Translations under genes and position numbers: made by a program
Part shown: positions 13,374-24,907 of the stretch, in pieces
Layout: each line of letters begins with the position of its first letter
Position numbering within the stretch: the first letter of the stretch is position 1
From: Squalus acanthias
Lineage: Eukaryota
Reading direction: 5' to 3'
Length of the DNA stretch: 64,000 nucleotides
Assembly: GCA_030390025.1 (NCBI GenBank)
Contig: JASTWF010000036.1
Location: 3,350,001-3,414,000 of the forward strand
The notes under the pieces: model-generated
The model's database searches: none
Seen by the model: the letters and a program-made list of their open reading frames with translations, nothing else
Told to the model about the DNA's origin: nothing

Positions 13374-13604
13374 TGGCTGTGAAGTGCTTTGGGACGTCCT
13401 GAGGTCGTGCAGGCGCTATAGAAATGCAAGTTCTTTCTTTTATCATTTGGTAGTTCAGTGGCTGGAGCCAGAATAATAAACATAAGTTCTTCAACTTTAC
13501 TTTTAATTGAAATAAACTATCTAGGGGCCATGTGACAGTCTGGTGGTGAGCCCCATTCAAGTGGTGTCCGTAAACTATGTAAAATAATTGTCAGCTGTCG
13601 TATA

Positions 13605-14632
13605 TAAGAACATAAGAACATAAGAAATAGGAGCAGGAGTGGGCCGTTTGGCCCTTCGAGCCTGCTCCGCTATTCAATAAGATCATGGCTGACCTTCGAC
13701 CTCAACTCCACCTTCCTGCGCTATCCCCATATCCCTTGATTCTCTTAATATTCAAAAATCTATCGATCTCGGTCTTGAATGTACTCAACGACTAAACCTC
13801 CACAGCCCTCTTGGGTAGAGAATTCCAAAGATTCACCACCCTCTGAGTGAAGAAATTTCTCCTCATCTCAGTCCTAAATGGCCAACCCCTTATTCTGAGA
13901 CTGTGACCCCTGGTTCTAGACTCCCCAGCCAGGGGAAACATCCTCCCTGCATCTACCCTGTCAAGCCCTGTAAGAATTTTGTATGTTTCAATGAGATCAC
14001 CTCTTATATTCTTCTCTAGAGAATATAAGCCTAGTCTACTCAATCTCCCCTCATAGGTAAATCCCCCCATCCCAGGAATCAGTCTGGTGAACCTTCATTG
14101 CACTCCCTCCATGGCAAGTATATCCTTCCTTAGGTAAGGAGACCAAAACTGTGCACAATACTCCAGGTGTGGTCTCACCAGGGCCCGATATAATTGCAGT
14201 AAGACGTCTTTACTCTTATACTCAAATCCTCTTGTAATAAAGGCCAACATACCATTTGCTTTCCTAATTGCTTGCTGTACCCGCATGTTAACTTTCAGTG
14301 ATTCGTGTACAAGGACACCCAGGTCCCTCTGAACACCAACATTTCCCAATCTCTCACCATTTGAAAAATACTTTGCTTTTCTATTTTTCCTACCAAAGTG
14401 GATAACTTCACATTTCTCCACATTATATTCCATTTGCCATGTTCTTACCCACTCACTTAGCCTATCTATATCCCCTTGAAGCCTCTTTGCATCCTCCTCA
14501 CAACTTACTTTCCCACCTAGCTTTGTATCATCAGCAAACTTGGATATATTACATTTGGTCCCCTCATCCAAATCATTGATATCGATTGTGAATAGCTGAG
14601 GCCCAAGCACTGATCCTTGCGGTACCCCACTA
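13605..14632 (-). mobile_element. CR1 LINE 3' fragment (frameshifted)
   Basis: [17 protein letters not shown] 14095-14715 and ORF 13792-14070; (ATAAGAAC)n terminal repeat. Confidence 0.92.
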
Positions 14633-14910
14633 GAAAAAACAAGCATTGCCCATGCCGTTCTGCACCTCTCCTCAGTTAGGACAAAGGCCTCCTTTAGCTC
14701 TATAAGAGGCCACATCCAAGAATGTCCTGTTCTCTCAGGTAGAAGAGATTCTATGGAGACCTTACTGGGGATCGGGGCCGGGCAGATGGGGAGGATTAAC
14801 TGATGAAAGCAAAATTAAAACCAGTCGAATTTACTTACAGAAAAAAACCTATCAGGATTAAATTAGAAGTCGCACAACACCAGGTTATAGTCCAACAGTT
14901 TTATTTGAAA

Positions 14911-14947
14911 TTACGAGCTTTCGGAGCGCTGCTCCTTCGTCAGGTAA
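14911..14947 (-). ncRNA. Minimal hammerhead ribozyme motif, inverted copy
   Basis: Exact reverse complement of 15890-15926. Confidence 0.8.
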
Positions 14948-15139
14948 AGTGAGGGAATACAAATCAGATACAAAGCATATATAGACAGAGAACAATGTGT
15001 CTGCAGAGATACAATCAGTCAGGAAGGAATGACATCAAAGACACAGCAGAATACAGCTAAGACAATGAGGTGGGGTCACAGGGGGTCCAACGTGTCAAAT
15101 GCTGCAGTCTGCAGTTAAGCTTTTTACTTTTTTTTAAAA

Positions 15140-15649
15140 ATGGAAATCACATCTGTGAACAAGACAACGACGACTCTAGACTCTAGCTGTCGGGAGAACA
15201 GCGACCACGACACCACACAACCCTGCCACGGCAACCTCTGCAAGACATGCCAGATCATCAACACAGATACCATCATCACACGTGAGGACACTACCCACCA
15301 GGTACATGGTACATACTCATGTGACTCGGCCAACGTTGTCTACCTCATACGTTGCAGGAAAGAATGCACCGCAGCATGGTACATCGGCAAGACCATGCAG
15401 ACACTGAGACAACATATGAACGGACACCGCGCAACAATCGCCAGGCAGGATTGTTGTTACCTCCCAGTCGGGGAACACTTCAGCAGTCAAGGACATTCAG
15501 CCTCGGATCTGCGGGTAAGCGTTCTCCAAGGCGGCCTTCGAGACACACGACAACGCAAAATCATCGAGCAGAAACTGATAGCCAAGTTCCGCACCCATGA
15601 GGACGGCCTCAACTGGGATCTCAGTTTCATGTCACACTACAGGACGTAG
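15140..15649 (+). CDS. Penelope GIY-YIG endonuclease domain remnant (169-aa ORF)
   Basis: PCHGNLCKTC linker, NVVYLIRCRKEC...WYIGKT, EHF, EQKLI and GLN motifs. The first ~15 codons come from the inverted arm. Confidence 0.8.
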   Translation: MEITSVNKTTTTLDSSCRENSDHDTTQPCHGNLCKTCQIINTDTIITREDTTHQVHGTYSCDSANVVYLIRCRKECTAAWYIGKTMQTLRQHMNGHRATIARQDCCYLPVGEHFSSQGHSASDLRVSVLQGGLRDTRQRKIIEQKLIAKFRTHEDGLNWDLSFMSHYRT

Positions 15650-15889
15650 AGTCTAGAGTCGTCGTTGTCTTGTTCACAGATGTGATTTCCATTTTTTTTA
15701 AAAGTAAAAAGCTTAACTGCAGACTGCAGCATTTGACACGTTGGACCCCCTGTAACCCCACCTCATTGTCTTAGCTGTATTCTGCTGTGTCTTTGATGTA
15801 ATGCCTCCCTGACGGATTGTATCTCTGCAGACACATTGTTCTCTGTCTATATATACTTTGTATCTGATTTGTATTTGTATTCCCTCACT

Positions 15890-15926
15890 TTACCTGACGA
15901 AGGAGCAGCGCTCCGAAAGCTCGTAA
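15890..15926 (+). ncRNA. Minimal type I hammerhead ribozyme motif (Penelope pLTR)
   Basis: TTAC-CTGACGA-A-GGAGC(AGC)GCTCC-GAA-AGCT-C-GTAA: complete core, stem II hairpin, stem I TTAC/GTAA, palindromic AGCT in place of stem III. Confidence 0.8.
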
Positions 15927-16146
15927 TTTCAAATAAAACTGTTGGACTATAACCTGGTGTTGTGCGACTTCTCATTTTTGTCCACCCCAGTCCAACACCG
16001 GCATCTCCGCATCAGGATTAAATTAGTACAAGAACACACTGAAACCAATAGGTGGTGCACCACATGGAAGGAGCGAAGAGAGAGATGGTGATTCCCTGCC
16101 CCCATTCACCAATGTTTCCCTAACTCTCCTGCCAGCACTGATTCAT

Positions 16147-16331
16147 GGGGGTAGAATTTGACTTGGCTGGGAACGCAAAAGGGGCGGTGTCGCATCTGTC
16201 GCCCGTTATACGTCCTGCCTGATATTCAGTTTTATTGAAGTCAATGCAACTAAATATTGGACAGGACGCGTAACAGGCGCCAGATGCGATACCGACTGTT
16301 ACGTGTCGCCACCAAGTCGAATTTCACCCCC
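16147..16331. mobile_element. Foldback (palindromic) MITE
   Basis: GGGGTAGAATTTGACTTGG / CCAAGTCGAATTTCACCCC with centre ATTGAAGTCAAT. Confidence 0.8.
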
Positions 16332-16904
16332 CCCCCCACCTAGTGTGGCAACAGTTCCACAGGTGTCAGCCAATAACACAGTGAAGTTGAGTGAAATAAA
16401 GGGGGAACCTATTACTTCACTGCTACCACCAAACAGATCAGTAAGGTAGGGAGAAATCAAGAGAATAGGTGCATATAAAGAAAAGTCAATCCGATCTGAA
16501 TGCATGCAAGGACTAGAAACGGGCAGCTTTGATTGTGGATGCATTGGCTCAGAAGACCCGTGGTGCATTGCAACTCCCCTGTGGCAACAGCCTCGTGACA
16601 AATGCTTGCCCAATGTCCTCATACATATTTATACTAGGACGTGAAATAATGATGGCCACCACAGGAACAGCTCTATGTTTACAAATGAGTCATCTGCCAA
16701 AAAAGAAAGATAATTAACCAAAACCGGCAATATCTGTAGGTGGCCGCAACACACTGGTGTTAATTGGCAGGTGTCAAACTCATAAGATACAGCTGTGTTA
16801 AGAGAACAAATTCGTTGCGAAATGAAGCACTATACCCACATTCAACGTTTTATAAACCTACGGGGGGTGGGGGGGAAAGGGATAGGAAACAATTAGTGAC
16901 TTGG

Positions 16905-17100
16905 ATTAACAACAACTTGCATTTATATAGCAAGTTTAACGTAGTAAAACATCCCAAGGCCCTTCACGGGAGTGTAATCAGACAAAAATTGACACCGAGC
17001 CACATAAGGAGCTATTAGGATAGGTGACCAAAAACTTTGCCTAAAAGGTAGGTTTTAAGGAGCGTCTTAAGGGAGGAGAGACAGGTGGCGAGCTTTAGGG
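16905..17100 (-). mobile_element. L2 3' fragment
   Basis: AACAACAACTTGCATTTATATAGC start. Confidence 0.85.
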
Positions 17101-17517
17101 AAAAGAAAACCTTTCACGACCTCAGGACGTCCCAAAGCGCTTTACAAGTATGGTCACTGTTGTAATGTGGGAAACACGGCAGCCAATTTGTGCACAGCAA
17201 GCTCCCACAAACAGCAATGTGATAATAGCCAGGTAATCTGTTTTTAGTGATGTCGATTGAGAGATAAATATTGACCTGGACACCGGGGATAACTCCCCCG
17301 CTCTTCTTCGAAATAGTGCCATGGGATCTTTTACGTCCACCTGAGAGGGCAGACTCGGTTTAATGTCTCATCCGAAAGACGGCACCTCCGACAGTGCAGC
17401 ACCTCCTCAGTACTGCACTGAAGTGTCAGCCTAGCTTTTTGTGCTCAAATCTCTGATGTAGGACTTGAACCCACAAACTTCTGATTCAGAGGTGAGAGTG
17501 CTACCAACTGAGCCATG
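17101..17517 (-). mobile_element. Deu-domain tRNA-SINE, near full length
   Basis: Same family; head at 17460-17517. Confidence 0.88.
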
Positions 17518-17866
17518 GTATACCAGAAGGAATACCAGAGCTTAGGGCCTAGATGGCTGAAGGCACGGCCACCAATAGTGGAACGAAGGAAGTGGAGGAT
17601 GTGCAAGAGGCCAAAATTGGAGGAATGCAGAGTTCTCAGAGGGCTAGAAGAGATTACAGAGATAGGGAGGGGTGAGTTGCAAACTGCTCAAATTCGCAGA
17701 CGATACCAAACTAAGAGGGGCAGTTCAATCTGAAGAAGCAGCTTCTAAACGATAAGATAAGTTTGACCAGATGAAGTGTAAAATACTGCACATAGGAAGG
17801 AAAAGACGGGTGACATACATACTGCGTGAATGGTATTGAAATAGCTAAGGATGAATACGATAGCAA

Positions 17867-17995
17867 AATACTGCGGATGCTGGAAAACTGAAATAACAAC
17901 AGAAAGCGCTGGAAAAACTCAGCAGGCCAGGCAACATCCATGGAGAGAGAAACAGAGTTAACGTTTCAGGTCGAAGACGCTTCGTCAGAACTGAG
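17867..17995 (-). mobile_element. Solo pLTR fragment of a second Penelope-like family
   Basis: CAAAATACTGCGGATGCTGGA...GCTGGAAAAACTCAGCAGG...GTTAACGTTTCAGGTC...TTCGTCAGAACTG, containing a hammerhead core. Confidence 0.7.
17956..17992 (-). ncRNA. Minimal type I hammerhead ribozyme motif
   Basis: Minus strand AGTT-CTGACGA-AGCGTC(TTC)GACCT-GAA-ACGT-T-AACT: core, stem II, stem I AGTT/AACT, palindromic ACGT. Confidence 0.7.
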
Positions 17996-19247
17996 AAAAA
18001 AGCAGGAAATTAAACTGATGAAAAAGCAAGTTTGGAGGCTGGGAAATGGGGAGGGAATTCCTTTAAACACCAAGTGTGGTGCCACAGAGTGGTGAGCTGC
18101 AGGTTCAATTCCCCTATAACACTGACCTGATGTCAGCTGTACTGCTGTAGGGAGGCGCCTCTTCAAGGGGCGGGGGAGAGAAGGGAAAAGAATCTAAAGG
18201 GGAATTTTGGCCTCACCACACTCGTTCAACTGCTGGCAGCTGAGCAACAGTGACATTTGCAGTGGCCAAGCTGTAGGCTGTCCAGCTGCAGTCTCAAAGC
18301 ACAGAAGATGTGCGGTAGACCCATCAAGTCCCACTCATTTTGGTCTAGGAATTTCACTGAACCTATTTTAATGCATCCTACTCCTAAAATTAAATACAGC
18401 TCGAGGTGTTTAATTGCTTTGGGATCAGTCTTGCTCTTTTTGATCAAATCTCAGTGCCAAAGATCGCCTGAACGTTGAACATAGGACAGCAGTGTGGGGG
18501 GGGGGGGGGGGGCCTGTTGGGGAGATTGGAGAAGACAATGAGGGAACTACAAAGGGAATACATGCCTTCAAAAAGATTATTGCCACAGCCTACCCCAAAA
18601 TGACACATCAATATCACTTTAACAGAGTAACTGGTCAATCATTCTGTTGCTGTTTGTGGGGCCTTGCTGATACAGAATGGGTGCCACATTTGACTATGTG
18701 GCAACAGTCAGTGCACTTAAAAAGTAACTCATTGTATGAAAACATTGGGACTTTGGCATACGGCCTTATATAAATGCAAATGTTATTATTTAACCTTTCA
18801 TTAAAACTTCGATACAGACTTTAACAAACAGAATGTACAATATGTGAATAGCGTGATTGACAGTATTCAGGGTCAAGCACTGTAAGGCATCGTAAACATG
18901 ATATGTTGGGAAATGTTATACATAGGTTGGAATGGTGTTTGGAAGCATTACGTCTGTTTTGGGTATTTTATTTTATTGGGAATAAATAGGAAGTGATTAA
19001 ACACTGGAATCCCCTCCTTAAATTAGAGTTATTCCCCACACAAATGTGGTCTCCAAGCTTATCTATTCCCCAGAAGACATTCATAGGCTTCTCTACTGGG
19101 TCAATACTGATCCATACAGAGCCAGAAGGTTTCATTCGTTGTCTATGATCTTAGCTGGGCAGAGGGGCTACAATTGGCCTTAATGCCCAGGGATCCTACT
19201 GGGGATTGTTATACAATGATCCCGGCTAGCAAGGGCATGTGTGTAGA

Positions 19248-19470
19248 CAACAACAACTTGCATTTATATAGCGCCTTTAATGTGGTAAAACGTCCCAAGG
19301 CGCTTCACAGGAGCGTTATCAGACAAAATTTGACACCGAGCCACATCAGGAGATATTCGGACAGGTGGTCAAGGAGGTAGGCTTTAAAGAGCGTCTTAAA
19401 GGAGAAGAGCGAGGCAGAGAGGTTTAGGGAGGGAACTCCAGAGCTTAGGGCCCAAGCAGCTAAAGGCACG
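19248..19470 (-). mobile_element. L2 3' fragment
   Basis: AACAACAACTTGCATTTATATAGCGCC start. Confidence 0.85.
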
Positions 19471-20294
19471 GAGACATGAGCTGAAGACAAGTTTGGGTTT
19501 AGCTGCAAAGCATCCCGCGATCAAGTGGCCTGCCAAGCTTCACTGCTTAGGCTCACGTATGTTAGGGGCACTACTATTGGCTATCAGCGCCCCAGGGCAT
19601 GGGAGAGAACAAACAAGCAACTCGGCTTTAGGATAGCTGGAAAGTGCAGGTGTGTGGAAGGCAGGCGAGAGTGAGAATAAGCTCGGCTGTGGAATCCTTC
19701 AGCACCTTCAGGAAAGATGGGCAGAAACCTGCGGGGTTAGGGGGGTAGTTATCTTTTCCAGAGACATGCCTAAGCATGGTCACCCACTCAGCATCAGCAC
19801 AGAAAGCAAGTCAGCCTGACAGCAGTGCGCAAGCTCCTCTGTCGTGGGCAGAACTGGACTTCAGAGGTTAGTAATTCCTGTTACGTCAGTGTTCGTGGAG
19901 AAATGTCACCTGATCTATCACACTCTGAGTTATGAAGTATTGGGTGATCATGTAGCTTACCCTGAGACTTCTGCAACACCAGACTACAGTTTACAACCAT
20001 CAGGCTAATCCCTCAATGAGGTGTTTGACGATACATCAGTTTATATGTTGAAAGTGGTAAAGACCCAGGTCGTTTTGTGGAGTAGGGAAGTGAGCCAGCT
20101 ATGAAAAATCTCAACCATTCCAATTGACAAATTGACAAAATTAAACATGGCAGCAGAAATGAGAGGTTTCTTCAAACTATCAATCTTTTTTTCAGCTTTT
20201 CCAAAAAAAAATATTCGTAGTACAACCTTTCAAAGCTTGTGAGGAGGGTCCAATTTCCCCCCCCAATCTCTCCTGAAGACACCAGCTCTTACAA

Positions 20295-20922
20295 AAACAT
20301 ACGGGATCCTGGGCATTGTAAATAAAGGCAGAGTACAAATGCAAGGAAGTTATGCTAAACCTTTATAAATCACTGGTAGACCTCAGCTGGAGTATTGTGT
20401 TCAATTCTGGGCACCACACTTTAGGAAGGATGTCAAGGCCTTGGAGAGGGTGCAGAGGAGATTTACTAGAATGGTACCAGGGATGAGGGACTTCAGTTAT
20501 GGGAAGAGACTGGAGAAGCTGGGATTGTTCTCCTTGGAGCAGAGAAGATATTTAATAGAGGTGTTCAAAATCATGAAGGATTTTGATAGAGTAAATAAGG
20601 AGAAACTGTTTCCACTGGCTGGAGGGTGGATAACTAGAGGACACAGATTTATGATCATTGGCAAAAGAACCAGAGGGGAGATGAGGAGAATTTTTCTTTT
20701 TTTCATGCGGCGAGTTGTTATGATCTGGAACGCGCTGCCTGAAAGGGCGGTGGAAGCAGATTCAACAGTAACTTTCAAAGGGGAATTGGATAAATACTTG
20801 AAAAGGAAATATTTACTCTAGGGAAAGAGCTGGGGAGTGGGACGAATTGGATAGCTCTTTCAAAGAGCCGGTGCAGGCACAATGGGCTGAATGGCCTCCT
20901 TCTGTGCTGTATGATTCTATGA
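20295..20922 (+). mobile_element. CR1 LINE 3' fragment
   Basis: ERVQRRFTRMVPG...; GATTCTAT terminal repeat. Confidence 0.9.
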
Positions 20923-21589
20923 TTGTTGTTGGGGAACAGTTCCATGGGTGTCGCCTGCCCTCCAATACCCCAACCAACTGGTAATTCTTCATGTAAACAG
21001 AGAGTGTTGGCAAGCTATTTCACCATGATGAGCACCACAGCCAAATCCCATGCTGTCGTCATCTGATGTCCACTTATATACACTTATCAGCAAGGGTTAC
21101 TGGATAGTGATCAGGAGCAGGAACTGAGGCTGACCTTTCCTCTCCCAGCCTACATGAAGAATAGCCACTTGAGTAAAGTACCAAAAGACTGCCAGTGCCA
21201 TAGAACTATACACAAGCTTAAATCTCATTTTAAGGAAAGTATGAGAGATAACATGATAAGACTGGGGGTGGGGTGCAGAATGTTCCAAGACCCATATTAT
21301 TCTACAGATTATGGCAATATTTGCATCTGCCCTGCCATGTCCAATGGTTCTGTTTGGCCCATTTGTTCATGGACAGAGGTTTCTGTCAGATACAAGACCC
21401 CGATTTTAACTCCAGGTGGATTCCCCGCTCAAGCCTGAGTTAAAATTACAGTCGGGTCTCAATGATGTCATTGGGCCGCAACATGCCTTTGTAAAGAAGG
21501 ACCCTGTTGGCTCCAGGTGCGTGTCCTTGCTCAGGACAGCAGGTTAAAATTGCAGATGTTGCGATCATGGCGGCTTTCGGACAGGTAAG

Positions 21590-22685
21590 AGTGTGGCATC
21601 AAGGAGCCCTCGTAAAACTGAAGTCAGTGGGAATCGGGGGGAAAACTCTCCACTGGCTGGAGTCATACCTAGCACAAAGGAAGATGGTTGTGATTATTGG
21701 AGGTCAATCATCTCAGCCCCAGGAGATCGCTGCAGGAGTGCCTCAGGCAGTGTCCCAGGCCCAACCATCTTCAGCTGCTTCATCAATGACCTTCCCTCCA
21801 TCATAAGGTCAGAAGTGGGGATGTTCGCTGATGATTGCACAGTGTTCAGTTCCATTCACAACTCCTCAGATAATGAAGCAATCCATGCCCGCATGCAGCA
21901 AGACCTGGATGACATTCAGGCTTGGGCTGATAAGTGGCAGGTAACATTCGCGCCACACAAGTGCCAGGTGATAACTATCTCCAACAGGCGAGAATCTAAC
22001 CACTGCCCCTTGACATTCAATGGCATTACCATCGCCGAATCCCCCACCATCAACATCCTGCGGGTAACCATTGACCAGAAACTTAACTGGACCAGCTACA
22101 TAAATACTGTGGCGACAAGACCAGGTCAGAGGCTGGGTATTCTCACCTCCTTACTCCCTAAAGCCTTTCCACCATCTACAAGGCACAAGTCAGGAGTGTG
22201 ATGGAATACTCTCCACTTGCCTGGATGAGTGCAGCTCCAACAACACTCAAGAAGCTCGACACCATCCAGGACAAAGCAGCCCGCTTGATTGGCACCCCAT
22301 CTACCACCTCCACCTTAAACATTCACTCCCTCCACTACTGGCGCACTGTGGCACTGCAGTAACTCGCCAAGGCTTCTTCGACAGCACCTCCCAAACCCGC
22401 GACCTCTTCCACCTAGAAGGACAAGGGCAGCAGGCGCATGGGAACACCACCACCTCCAAGTTCCCCTCCAAGTCACACACCATCCTGACTTGGAAGTATA
22501 TCGCCGATCCTTCATCGTCGCTGTCAAAATCCTGGAACTCCCTCCCTAAAAGCACTGTGGAAGCACCTTCACCACACGGACTGCAGCGGTTCAAGAAGGC
22601 GGCTCAGCACCACCTTCTCAAGGGCAATTAGGGATGGGCAATAAATGCTGGCTTTGCCAGTGACGCCCACATCCCATAAACAAAT
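21590..22685 (+). mobile_element. CR1-group LINE family B, RT 3' fragment
   Basis: GVPQ.GSVPGPTIFSCFINDL...FADD...QQDLDDIQAWADKWQ, with frameshifts. Confidence 0.9.
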
Positions 22686-22704
22686 AAATTTAAAAAAAGA
22701 GCCA

Positions 22705-22765
22705 GGGTGATTTTAACTGCCCACGCGCGAAGATTCTGCTGTGCAAGTAGGGTTAAAATCGCCCC
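22705..22765. mobile_element. Miniature TIR element
   Basis: GGGTGATTTTAAC / GTTAAAATCGCCC; related motifs at ~21397-21555. Confidence 0.55.
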
Positions 22766-23577
22766 CAAATCTACATTTAGATAAAAATTATTCATGAGGA
22801 GAGCAGTACTGCCTCGTGGAATCACATCCACTGGAAACGCAACTGGATTAAGATGGCACAACTCATTAACTGCCGCTATGAAGAATTTCGCCTGCCTGTG
22901 TTTAATTCAAAACTCTAAATTTCAATGCATGATCCAGTGCCCCCTCAAAAATAATGCTTTTAGCTCCACATATAGAAAGAGCAAATTGCGTGGGTCTATG
23001 AGAAATTAGTTTGGGATCCAAGACTTTCATTCACTTAATGAAAATCGCACACTCCAGGGACCTGTAACCTGCACTGTGTCTTTAAGAATTCAGGGCACGC
23101 TCTAATCATCTGAAATTGGAAATTGCTATTGACAGGCATGCTCTGACACACAACTAAATGACCAGCTCAGCAGCTTCTGAGACAGATGTAATTTTTTTGT
23201 TTTTAATTTTAAATGAATTATCGTTGTGCTCATAATGTATTCACTGGGTCAATAGTTCAGAAGCCATTCCCCAGTTTCAGGGCTGGATTTTTGTTGCCTG
23301 ACAATGAAGTGTCACCATACACACCAATTTGTAAATGTATTTACTTTTGCCCAGGACTCATCTGTCTTGTTTTCCATTCACAGGCTTTTGATTCCTCGTA
23401 GCCTTGTTGAGCTGGTAAGATTGCCAAGCGAGCCATGGACTGCTCAATTACTCCAACCTGAAAGCTTTTTACTGCTTAGCCAGCAGAAATTGCTCATTGC
23501 AGGGTGAGATAATCTAGGTAGTTTTTTTCCAACCCCCAAGTGTGTGTGCCGTGTGACTCACACAGGTAAGGTAAAGT

Positions 23578-23850
23578 TGTCAGCTTAGCCCAGTGGTACC
23601 ACTTGTACCTCTGAGTCAGAAGGTTGTGGGTTCAAGCCCCACTCCAGAGCCTTGAGCACAAAATCCAAGCTGACGCTCCAGTGTAGCACTGAGGGAGTGC
23701 TGCACTGTTGGAGGAGCCGTCTTTCAGATGCGATTTTAAACTGAGGCCTCGTCTGCCTGTTCCGGTGGACGTAAAGGATCCCATGGCACTATTTGAAGAA
23801 GAGCAGCGGAGTTACCCTGATGTCCTGGACAATGTTTATTCCTCAACAAA
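23578..23850 (+). mobile_element. Deu-domain SINE 5' fragment
   Basis: tRNA-like head with GGTTCAAGCCC and Deu core. Confidence 0.82.
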
Positions 23851-24195
23851 CACAAGATGAGCTTGGAGAGGACAAGAGGGGAAATAGGAGTGAATCTGGA
23901 GAAAGACACAAGTTCAGGGCTAAGGCAGGAGGAAAGCAGAGGTAGCTGAATGGATGGTCTCAGTCTTAGTGACAAAGAAGTCCATGAGCTCCTTGGAGGG
24001 TTGATGGGACAGCGGTGCCTGAAATTTGACTGGTTATATTCGAGAATGTGACTGGTCATAGGGGCAGTGGTCTCAGGTTCCACCATTTGATTGGCTAAAG
24101 AGCATTACGGTATATGGCCATAAGAACACATTTTAATTAGCTAGATAGATAAGTAGGTAGATAGATAGATTCTTTACGATGTTTTGATATTTATA

Positions 24196-24907
24196 TGAGC
24201 AAGGAAGTAATGCTAATCCTTTATAAAACACTGGTTAGGCCTCAGCTGGAGTATTGTGTCCAATTCTGGGTACCAGACCTTATGAAGGATGTCAATGCCT
24301 TGGAGAGGGTGCAGAGGAGATTTAATTATTTTTTAATTCGTTCATGAGATGTGGGCGTCGCTGGCAAGGCCAGCATTTATTGCCCATCCCTAATTGCCCT
24401 TGAGAAGGTGGTGGTGAGCCGCCGCCTTGAACCACTGCAGTCTAGAATTTAATAGAATGGTACCAGGGATGAGGGATTTCAGTTATTTGGAGAGCCTAGA
24501 GAAGCTGGGATTGTTCTCCTTAGAGCAGAGAAAGTTAAGGGGAGATTTAATAGAGGTGCTCAAAATTATGAGGGGTTTTGCTAAGAGTAAATAAGGAGAA
24601 ACTGTTTCCACTGGCAGGAGGGTTCCGGAAAACACAGATTTAAGATAATTGGCAAAAGAACCAAAGGGGAGATGAGGAAAAAAAAAATTACGCAGCGAGT
24701 TGTTAGGATCTGGAATGCGCTGCCTGAAAGGGCAGATTCGGAAGCAGATTCAATAATAACTTTCACAAGGGAATTGGGTATGTATTTGAAAAGGAAAATT
24801 TGCAGTGCTACGAGGAAAGAGCAGGGGAGTGTGACTAATTGGAAATCTCTTTCAAAGAGTTGGCACAAGCACGATGGGCCAAATGGCCTCCTTCTGTGCT
24901 GTATGAT
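24196..24907 (+). mobile_element. CR1 LINE 3' fragment with nested family-B tail (~24335-24440)
   Basis: Similar to 20295-20922. Confidence 0.85.

Larger units (their letters stand above)
14865..16010 (+). mobile_element. 5'-truncated Penelope-like element (Neptune-like) with inverted pLTRs
   Basis: Inverted arms 14865-15185 and 15647-15972, a 38-nt tail 15973-16010, a GIY-YIG ORF between the arms, and direct repeat ATCAGGATTAAATTAG at 14851-14866 and 16011-16026. Confidence 0.92.

Noticed and set aside
19955..20105. Minus-strand segment bounded by acceptor- and donor-like sites
   Set aside because: Stops in all three frames and no other support
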